DNA of 62,450 bases, filler included, from Stramenopiles sp. TOSAG23-3 (Eukaryota): assembly GCA_900128585.1 (NCBI GenBank). It is 8 parts of 8 records of this genome, joined end to end, with 100 filler letters (N's around TTAATTAATTAA, not from the genome) between each part and the next. Parts side by side here need not be neighbours in the genome. Positions count along the whole stretch, not along the records: positions 45,715 to 56,977 come from LT642748.1; positions 57,078 to 58,803 come from LT645480.1; positions 58,904 to 60,627 come from LT645481.1; positions 60,728 to 62,450 come from LT645482.1; 4 more parts are not named here. The stretch is one strand, 5' to 3'. The position numbers and the translations under genes are program-made. The notes under the pieces are model-generated. The model ran no database searches and was not told where the DNA came from. It saw only the letters and a list, made by a program, of their open reading frames with translations. Shown piece after piece: positions 54,042 to 62,450 of the stretch; position 1 is the first letter of the stretch, and the number at the start of each line of letters is the position of its first letter.

Positions 54042-55532
54042 TTAGAAAGCGCTTTCTAGCATTGCGTTCCAGTCTTCTTCTTTGTCTTCGCCATTTTCAG
54101 CACCGTTTGTTTCCAGATTCTGCACTGCAATGTTCGCCCGATGTTTCTGTATCGCAGCTTTTATATTTTTGTTAGAACTGTTCCCATTGACCGCATATGG
54201 CCGCCCCTCTGCTTGGGCCCAGTTCCTCAAGTCTTGCCTGCTTAAGCGATTCACCTCATCATCGTTTCCTGCATTGCGAGATGCACCGTTTTCAGTGTTT
54301 TTGCTCTGTTGCATGTCTTTGGGTTTGGGAGGCACTGCCTTGTTTGGGGATACACCCTTTTCCCCCTTAACCTGCATTTCCGCCTCATTTTGTTTCTCTG
54401 TCAACGCGGCACCCTTTGCTGCCTCCGCTTCGGTAGTACCACCACTCTCTTCTACATGATTTGGAACGCTGACACTGTTGTTGTTGCTGCTAGTTTCTGT
54501 GACGGATGGATTAACGCTTGCGGCTGGACTATTTTCTATCGGATCGTGACCACCAGGTGTTGCAGACGACGTTGGATGTTCAGATTTCTTTTTTGATACA
54601 TTTGGCGTAATTCTTTTTCGTTGCGCTCGGTTTTGACCCATCGGCTTCTGCCCTCGCGCCGGTTGTATTTTCATCCCCCGAATCAGTTTTATGCTATTCC
54701 GCACTTGTTTTAGACTGTACCGTATCTCCTTCCGCCTCGTTTCTTCTTCCGCCTTCCGTGTTGCAATCTCAACAGATCGTTTTATCTGGTCCTCTTGCAG
54801 CCGGATCTTTTTTTTGTCTATCTTCATTTTGCGATGGGCGGCCACGCGCTCCCGATTCTTAGCCAGTATTTCCTGGTCACGTTTTCTTATTCGCTCCATT
54901 TGTGCTTGTTTCAACTCCATAGGGGACTTCAGGGATTCTGTGTGCGTTCGTTTGAACGGTGTTTGTGGGCTCTCATTGTCAGATGGATGTTCCAGAGAAA
55001 CAGACGCCCGAAACTTTGTTAGTATTTGGCTTTTCATAAGTTTTCGGGCCTCGTGAAACGCTTTTCTCTCTTTCCGCTGGGCCGCAAGAATTTGTTTTTC
55101 TTTCTCCACGGCAAGTTTTTCTTGTTCTTTTCTTTTTTTCCAATCCAGGCTGCTCTGCTTTAATTTTTCTGTTATGAGAGCTTTTTCTTTTTGCCTCTTT
55201 TCTCTAGAGGCTTCAAACTTTGCCCTGCTTTGTTCTCTCTGAGCTTTTATTCGCATTTCTCGCTCCCGCTTCAGTTGTTCCTGCGTTTCTTTTCGTTTTC
55301 TCATTTTCTCCCCGTAGGTTTGTTTTGCCTCTTCTCGAAGGAATTCGTCAACACTTTGTGTTGTAAGGTAAGAGTGCCTTCCATTGTTCGATGCTATTTT
55401 GTGCAAAGCCAATTTTGTCTTTTTGTCGTGCGCTATATGGACTGACGTAGACGGCTTAAACCCATGTTTTGCAACTGGAGATTTCCTAAAGAAGCTTCTA
55501 TCGCCAGCAAAACTACTCATTCTCCCAGACAA
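54042..55532 (-). CDS. Coiled-coil E/K/R-rich hypothetical protein with possible C-terminal SAP/HeH-like motif
   Basis: 496-aa ORF with long charged helices; LSRQDLRNWAQAEG...VNGNSSNKNIKAAI. The 5' end may be spliced. Confidence 0.7.
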   Translation of the reverse strand: MSGRMSSFAGDRSFFRKSPVAKHGFKPSTSVHIAHDKKTKLALHKIASNNGRHSYLTTQSVDEFLREEAKQTYGEKMRKRKETQEQLKREREMRIKAQREQSRAKFEASREKRQKEKALITEKLKQSSLDWKKRKEQEKLAVEKEKQILAAQRKERKAFHEARKLMKSQILTKFRASVSLEHPSDNESPQTPFKRTHTESLKSPMELKQAQMERIRKRDQEILAKNRERVAAHRKMKIDKKKIRLQEDQIKRSVEIATRKAEEETRRKEIRYSLKQVRNSIKLIRGMKIQPARGQKPMGQNRAQRKRITPNVSKKKSEHPTSSATPGGHDPIENSPAASVNPSVTETSSNNNSVSVPNHVEESGGTTEAEAAKGAALTEKQNEAEMQVKGEKGVSPNKAVPPKPKDMQQSKNTENGASRNAGNDDEVNRLSRQDLRNWAQAEGRPYAVNGNSSNKNIKAAIQKHRANIAVQNLETNGAENGEDKEEDWNAMLESAF

Positions 55533-55841
55533 TAGGAACGCTCCCCGTTCGTTTGCCTAGCGGGCAACAGAAGAACTGCGTGCGAGCGTTCTGCTCTGAT
55601 TCTTAACGTTAAACGTGTTAACGTTACTCGAAACACGTGCAGCCGACCCTTGCTCAAACCGACACATGCACAGAACCATAACCCTGTTTACTTATCGTTA
55701 AAAAGTCATCTTCATAGCGCAGAAGGTGATCCAAAAACTTCTTCTGAAAAAAACTGTCAATTGTTGCATGCTTGCAGCAGTGTACATTTTTTTTATTATA
55801 ATTATAATATATAGTCTAATAATAATAATAAATAATAATAA

Positions 55842-55879
<38 letters not shown>

Positions 55880-56326
55880 ACTATTTATAATTAATAATAA
55901 TAATAATTAAAAAACTAGCAGGGAGTTATTATGTATTAGTGTTACGAAAAATAACATCTAATAACAACAAAAGAAGAAGAAAAAAATGATGACGAAAAAA
56001 CAAAATACTATTTATTATAATGCTGTGTTCTGTTGTACAAACCCACCATAAAAAAAAGTATCAATCATCATCATATATAATAATACCGTACCGTAGCGTT
56101 ACCAACACCCCCCCATTCGCATTATTCATCTTTATTAATCGGTCTCTTCTTATACTCCTCTCGGCGGGATCGTGCTCCGACGATGATGGTCACACAATTT
56201 TTGTAAAAGAAGAATGTATTATATACTGTATATATTTGATGAAATTTGCCCACGATTAACGACACGCTTTTCATTAGCGAGATAGTACATTTGTGTAACG
56301 CTGATTGTAGAGTTCTAACAAGAAAT

Positions 56327-56977
56327 ATGGGAAAGAAGCGTAGAAAGCACTCGACTGGGATCGGTACACCGAACACAAGCCGCGCGCTTGCGGCGGCGTC
56401 TGTTGCTGCCATTAGTAAGCGAAAAGCGAAGAAGCGGCGGAAGAACAAACATGGCGCTGGTTCCAACGCGACCGCCAAAGAACCATCACAAGTTGAAGTA
56501 GAAAAAAAAATACAAAGAAAACAAAACCGCGCGTTGGACAACCGCCGTGGAGCTAAGAAGGGCACAAAGTTCCAACTAATTCGAGCTCAACAGAGAGAGT
56601 CCTCGACGGCCAGGAAGGAAAATTTGAAGACACTGTTGCGCTTGAAGTTTCTGGAAAAGGACTTGGTAAAGCGGGAGAAGCTGCTACGAAATTGGATCAT
56701 TAAGAAGGCGCCGGAAAAGCCGTGGCGCCACCCCCACGACAAAACAGGCCGCCTGTACGGCGCCGCCCGACCGGCAATATCGTTAGAAATCTCAGATCAT
56801 GGGTGTGGTTTAAGAAAGTTTGAGTGCGAAGAAAGGTGTCAACTGGTAAAAGACGAGACGAAAGATTTATGGTCGGAACTGACCGCAGCGGGGACACTCT
56901 CCAGCAATGGTGCCGGAGAAGAATACTGCAAAACCGCGATGGAGTGTGCCGAAGTTAACTACAGTCTCAACCGTACT
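56327..56977 (+). CDS. Basic (K/R-rich) hypothetical protein, 3'-truncated
   Basis: ATG 56327 MGKKRRKH..., open to the contig end, coding-like composition. Confidence 0.65.
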
Positions 56978-57077
56978 NNNNNNNNNNNNNNNNNNNNNNN
57001 NNNNNNNNNNNNNNNNNNNNNTTAATTAATTAANNNNNNNNNNNNNNNNNNNNNNNNNNNNNNNNNNNNNNNNNNNN

Positions 57078-57274
57078 TTTAGTGCGAAAATGTGCGAAGA
57101 AGTAATTGACCGCTTCAAGAATGGGAAACGATTTTCGCTCGGGTTTGCGAACAAGGCCCGAATCAAACCGAGTGTTTTTTTTTAGTTTTAGTCCTGATCC
57201 TGGCTTTTCCTGATCACGTGCGGTTTGTGCGCGGTAACCACGAGCACGCCGCGTTTGCCGTAGCCTTTGGTTAA
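57078..57274 (+). pseudogene. Fragments of a PPP-family Ser/Thr phosphatase (PP5/PPEF-like)
   Basis: MCEEVIDRFKNGKRF (57090) and VLILAFPDHVRFVRGNHEHAAFAVAFG* (57191-57274; RGNHE motif). The intervening GDxHG and GDxVDRG motifs are absent. Confidence 0.6.
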
Positions 57275-58104
57275 ACGGTCAAGATCTCTCTCATAAGATA
57301 TTTTGACTACGATATCGGTTGCAACAGTTTACGTTGGATTTTTGAATAAAGTGACCGAAATAGATGATACGCTCATGCATTATTAAATTATTATCGTTGT
57401 AAATTATAATCGTTATTAGGCCCTTCACTCACAATAATGCTGATTATGAGGAAATGAGAGATGAAGCATAATTAGCATATAATTACTATGGGAAACATCA
57501 AAGACGATAGTTGTTACATTGTCAGAATACGAAAATCCCGGCTATTGTAGAAGTACGTTTGAATAGGACGAACGTTGGTTGGCACGCAGGAAAAATTATT
57601 ATTCTAGTCTAATTAATAGTCGAGGTGATAATAGGACTAATAGGATACGAGGAGTCTCGTATCTGGTAGTTTGTAGTTTGGTAGTTTGGATATTTAATAA
57701 GAAGATACGACGACTGACACCTGACACCGCCGATAAAAAAGTGTGTCCCGCCCCGGGCCCCGGGACACAAACTTAAAATAAAAAGAATAATCTTTTGATA
57801 TTTTACAGCAGCATAATATAGGAACACAATGTTGTTGTGGTGGCAATAAAATGCGCTTTTTTTTTATTTTATTAATTAAAACTTAATATATTTTATTCTC
57901 TTCTCCCCATAACTCCACCCCATCGACCAATATTATCACAATTGGTATTATTGTTGGAAAAAATTCATCCAGATTAGAATTATCTATGGGCACGTCATTT
58001 TCCTTGGGTTGTTTAACGGAAAATTGATCCAAGTAAACACATAGGATATAGACGTATCAACGCCAATTGTAAAAAACCGTTGATATAGGGAAATATACAA
58101 ACTG

Positions 58105-58803
58105 ATGGATGGTGATGAAGAGTCGTCTGTACAGATGCAAACGGCAGCGGTGAAGATACAAGCTGTAGCAAGAGGCCGCCAACAGCGGCAACGGTGTGGT
58201 AAAATCAAAGAAGAAAGGGCGGCGGTGAAAATACAAGCTGTAGTCAGAGGTCGTCAACAGCGACGACCGGCTGATAAATTCAAAGAGGAAGGGGAAGAAA
58301 CTCTCTCTTCGGCGGAATTGCAAGAATACATGAACAATGTCGCGCACAACATTTCCATGCAATTGTCGTCGTCGCCAAATGAAGTCAGTGTAAGCATCAC
58401 AGACATTGCTGAGAAAACCGAAGTGCCAAAACTTAATTTTGAAGTGGAAAAGGAGAAATATGAAAAGGCAAACCAAGGATATATGTGGACAAACAAAATT
58501 AGAATTTTCTTCGGAATGTCCGTAGTCGTTGTTATAGTAATTTTACTTTCTGTTCTCCTGGGTGGAAAAAAAAGCGGGAGCAGCAGCAAGAACGCTGCAG
58601 CACCCGATGATGTCGTTGTTTGTAAGCCAGGAACTTATTTTAAAAGCGGAGAAAGCAGCTGCGTACAATGCCCTGGCGGGAAGTGGCAAAAAGACGAAGG
58701 GCAAGCCACTTGCAATGCGTGCGCCGCAGGAAGTGTTACGAACACATTGGCAAACACAGGTGCAATATCTTGTGTCGCGTGTGTCGCTGGAGAATTCTCT
58801 TCT
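58105..58803 (+). CDS. Type II membrane protein with two cytosolic IQ motifs and extracellular TNFR/ephrin-like Cys-rich repeats, 3'-truncated
   Basis: AAVKIQAVARGRQQR and AAVKIQAVVRGRQQR; TM IFFGMSVVVVIVILLSVLLGG; CKPGTY..CVQCPGGKWQ..CNACAAGS..CVACVAGEF. Confidence 0.82.
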
Positions 58804-59165
58804 NNNNNNNNNNNNNNNNNNNNNNNNNNNNNNNNNNNNNNNNNNNNTTAATTAATTAANNNNNNNNNNNNNNNNNNNNNNNNNNNNNNNNNNNNNNNNN
58901 NNNTTCTTTCGTTCACGCAACGTGAATACTTACATGTTGGTATCCAACGTGTTCAGTTTGATCGATCACCTCCCCCAGGCTGCCGTCGAACAAAATTGAT
59001 GTTCTTCGAGCACCCTAAAATATCAAAAAGACAATAACTTATTTTAATAACATAATCACAGCATTGAAAATAAAAATAGAAGAAGAAGAAAACGAAGATT
59101 CAATGTGAATAAGTATAAATAAATGTATTCTTATTTCCTATATAATAGTATATTTACAACCCAAC

Positions 59166-60296
59166 CTACATCCCATCAGGTGGATGTGGAACGGTCTCTT
59201 TCGGGATCGTATGAGAAGAATTGTCATGTTTTGCATTGATAACATGATCCCTGAAAAAGGAAGAAATTTCTTTTGTGACATCAGTTCTCGTGTCGGGATC
59301 AAGGTGAAGGTGGTGATAGCTATTTTTCAACCGTAATGGAGTTTTCAGATTGGATCCCAGCATTTGCAGTCTTGGGTGCTCGTTCAAATCCTCCTCGTAA
59401 AAAGAATCGTCCTCCTCCTCTTTTGCGGTACCACTAGAATCTTTCATTAATTGGAATATTGTCGCTGGCCCACCATTCTTTTTGCTAGACGGCCACCCCT
59501 TGTGTGCTAGAATCGCGGTTGTTGGGCACTTGATATTTTCCAAAAATGCTTTCACGTTTTCTTCGTTGAAACGAATTGGTGTGGCATTGCTCAGTCTTGG
59601 ATCGTGCACAAAGCAAACGCCCGAATCGCCTGCAGGTTTTGTCCCCCTCTCCAAAATCTTCCTTGCAGCTTCCGACGAAATTCTCTGTTGCCCGGGAAAT
59701 CGCCTGACTGCTTGCTGTCGCAAATTTACTACGGCGTCTACGTTCTCGTAGACCCTTCCAGTTTTGCCCTCGGTTTTTGCCACCGCAGACGCTCCTTCCG
59801 CTTCGTAAGCAGTCCGGAACTGGTCCGGCGCTTTTGTAGCCAACTCACTGACAGGACCGACACCATCCAACAAGACCACCCCACTAAATCGTTCGGGGAA
59901 AGACCCCGCTATGATTGAAGCAACCCCCGCTCCCATGGAATGTCCTATAAGCAAACTGCCCTTTTCATCGCTTCCTGGTCCTGCGGCATTGCCCCACCCT
60001 AGCTCGTCTAATGCCCCGAGAGCGAAGGCTGCATATTCAGACTGATAATAGAAGCTTGAGTTGGGCAACCATTCACTCTTTCCATGCCCGCAAAAATCCA
60101 ACGCAAAAACCTCGGCGCCAAATTCTTTGCACAGCTCAGGCGCTACGTAATCAAACGAGTTCGCGTTGTCTAACCAACCGTGCAAGCACATAATTTTCAG
60201 CGACGATTTTTTCCCCGAAGACGAGGTGCTGCGCCACAACTTCCCTGCAAGATTCAAATTCCTCACGCTCAAAAACTTTTCGGATACAGAGACCAT
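59166..60296 (-). CDS. Serine hydrolase-like (SERHL-type) alpha/beta hydrolase
   Basis: CLHGWLDNANSF, ALDFCGHGKS, IGHSMGA, HDPRL, HHLHLD; start ATG 60296. Confidence 0.9.
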   Translation of the reverse strand: MVSVSEKFLSVRNLNLAGKLWRSTSSSGKKSSLKIMCLHGWLDNANSFDYVAPELCKEFGAEVFALDFCGHGKSEWLPNSSFYYQSEYAAFALGALDELGWGNAAGPGSDEKGSLLIGHSMGAGVASIIAGSFPERFSGVVLLDGVGPVSELATKAPDQFRTAYEAEGASAVAKTEGKTGRVYENVDAVVNLRQQAVRRFPGQQRISSEAARKILERGTKPAGDSGVCFVHDPRLSNATPIRFNEENVKAFLENIKCPTTAILAHKGWPSSKKNGGPATIFQLMKDSSGTAKEEEDDSFYEEDLNEHPRLQMLGSNLKTPLRLKNSYHHLHLDPDTRTDVTKEISSFFRDHVINAKHDNSSHTIPKETVPHPPDGM

Positions 60297-60727
60297 TCTT
60301 CTCTCTTCGGAACCAAAAAAAAAAACACGCCAAAAACTACTATAAATTACCACGTGTTTTTTTCTCTGGTGTTGTTCAAAAAATTTAGACCGACCCTTCC
60401 TTTCTTTTACAAAATATAAAGAAACTGTTAAGTTCTTCATCAAAATATAATCTTTTTTTTTGTTGTGGTACGGTATCCGGCGCGGTGCGCGGCGGTGGTC
60501 GTCGTTTGTTTTAGGAGGAGGAAAAGGAGGAAGGAGGGAGAAAAAAAGAAGAAGAGAAGAAGAGGATGGCATTTTTTATTTTATTTATTATTTTAAAAAC
60601 TACTAATATGATACATAAATAATGAAANNNNNNNNNNNNNNNNNNNNNNNNNNNNNNNNNNNNNNNNNNNNTTAATTAATTAANNNNNNNNNNNNNNNNN
60701 NNNNNNNNNNNNNNNNNNNNNNNNNNN

Positions 60728-61905
60728 TACTTGCCAACGAAAAGGGATTGGAGTACCTCTGGCTTAAGATTTTTGTTGGGTTTAAAATGCGGTATGAGTC
60801 TCGAGAAGTTTTTTGTAAAAAAATTTCGTCCAGAAAGAATATTGGCAATCAGTTTGTCTCCATGGTCAGCTTGACTAAAATAACGTTCCAATACGTTACC
60901 GATGGACCAACCGCCACGCAGGAGGATAGTGAAATGCATCGGGGTGCCGTCAGTCCCTGACGCAGCATATGTTGCAGCAGATTTTCGTAGCGAATGAGTG
61001 GCTATTTTTGCTTTTGACAATCCAACAGCCTTGAGTGCTTCTTTGACTTCGGTGTCATCCAATGCATCGCTAATGGCCTTACCGTATCCACTTTTGATTG
61101 ATCCACCTTCAAATAGAGATAAGTTATCAATATTTTTGTTCACCAAATTTACGGCAAGAGCCAAAACACAACAAATTATTGGATTACTGGGATTACTTGC
61201 AATATGAACAGTTTTTGGTTTTGATGTGGATTTTTTCCTTTCAGTTTTACGGTGTGTATACAAGATAGTAAGCATATCATTATCAAAGCTAAAGCTATTT
61301 ATATTTATTCGAGTTATGTCTACGCTACGACTCATTAAATTCCACTGCAGTAGAAACATGAGCCAATACGTTACGTCATAACTCAACAAATATGTAGCAA
61401 TTGCTAAATATACAGACCAAGGAACAGCAGACGTCTCCTTGCTATCCCATCCAGCAACATCTTTTTTGTCTTTTAGTTCATTATTGAGACCTTGATAAAA
61501 TTTTTTGATGATTGATTTTGCCTGTGGAGAATACTCCATTGGCCCAGTAGAAATTTCATTTAACCGTAATAACAATCCAGACCGTACATGGTCAAAATGA
61601 GTTTTCCCAAACTTGCCTTCTGGCCAGAAATGCGTTTCTCTTTTCCATAGAACGTACATAAAGAGAATGTTTTCGTCAATATTGACATCTTCCATATGTT
61701 CCACAAATGCAGATTTATCTGCCATTTCGAAATACCGCAACGGTTCATTATTTGGTATTAGTAATTTTTTTCTTTCATCACTCTCTGTGACACCAGGTGT
61801 AGTTGGGAGTATCGTGAAATACCAATGGGCAAAGCCTGCTAAGGCTTCGTGGTAATCACTTTTTATCCTGTTCTTGGTAACTGATGAAGGTGTCGATTGA
61901 GGCAT
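60728..61905 (-). mobile_element. Crypton-like tyrosine-recombinase transposon ORF, 3'-truncated
   Basis: Catalytic set LQWNLMSR (R), HRKT (K), THSLRK (HxxR), LRGGWSIGNVLERY (W, Y); AT-richer than host genes; no RT or LTR visible. Confidence 0.85.
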
Positions 61906-62450
61906 ACTTGTTTAGCTGTACCACTAAAAAACGTTTTAGAACAAATTGTCATTTCCTAAGGACTATAAAAGTCAATATAAGTTGGCAAGCAATAGAATCA
62001 AACGTAGCAAATGGAAGGAAATATACAACAGACTTGCAAAACTGTAATGATGAATTAATTATTTTATTAATATTATTTATTAACACGCACGAGTTGGTTA
62101 TTCAATGACAAAATAATAACTTTTTTATCTAAAATGGGAATCAAATACATAAACACAGCATAGAGAGCAGGGTAATTATTATTTTTGCCTATCAAAGCTT
62201 TTCCAAAAAATTTGTTGCAGGCATTTAGGAACAAAACCGGGGGATAATTTTAATCTTTTAATTATACTTTTAAGACGTTATTCCTAGTGTAAGATCAGCT
62301 TTTTGATGTCTTTCCCAAAAAAATAAAGCGCCTCCATCATCACCATCGCATTTTTTCTTCCTCTTCTTTCGTAACGGTTGATCGAATGAAGCCCAAATGT
62401 TCCTGCCTTATTTGATGTTATAAAATCAAAAAATAATCAAAAAAAAAAAA

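Noticed and set aside
58904-58999. Possible 3' end of a gene at contig start (FFRSRNVNTY...AVEQN*)
   Set aside because: Only 31 codons and no recognisable motif.

Overview
This window is not one locus. It is eight eukaryotic contigs (five of ~11.3 kb, three of ~1.7 kb) joined by artificial 100-nt spacers (44 N + TTAATTAATTAA + 44 N), so gene neighbourhood is meaningful only within a contig. The genes are intron-poor and moderately GC-rich, separated by very AT-rich, microsatellite-laden intergenic DNA. This fits a protist genome; a stramenopile single-cell or metagenomic assembly is my inference. Recognisable genes are the PKA catalytic subunit, a CDKL-type kinase, ALG11, a kinesin, a sirtuin, a 3-hydroxyisobutyrate-dehydrogenase-like enzyme, SET, TPR, Sel1, EF-hand, EGF-repeat and alpha/beta-hydrolase proteins, and a Crypton-type tyrosine recombinase. 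The standout items are: (1) a minus-strand ORF of at least 3,785 codons filling contig 1, missed by the ORF track and built from phage-tail-fibre-like beta-repeats and tandem FCCH-like domains; (2) a ubiquitin-like/Zn-finger protein carrying two degenerate phage-type Dam adenine-methyltransferase domains; (3) a DUF3089 hydrolase-Nudix fusion convergent with a bacterial-like sirtuin; (4) a perfect 79-bp inverted repeat abutting the 5' ends of two convergent genes; (5) a dispersed modular MITE-like repeat family; (6) a truncated myosin overlapping a spliced EF-hand gene in antisense. All domain calls come from motif recognition by eye, not from database searches.
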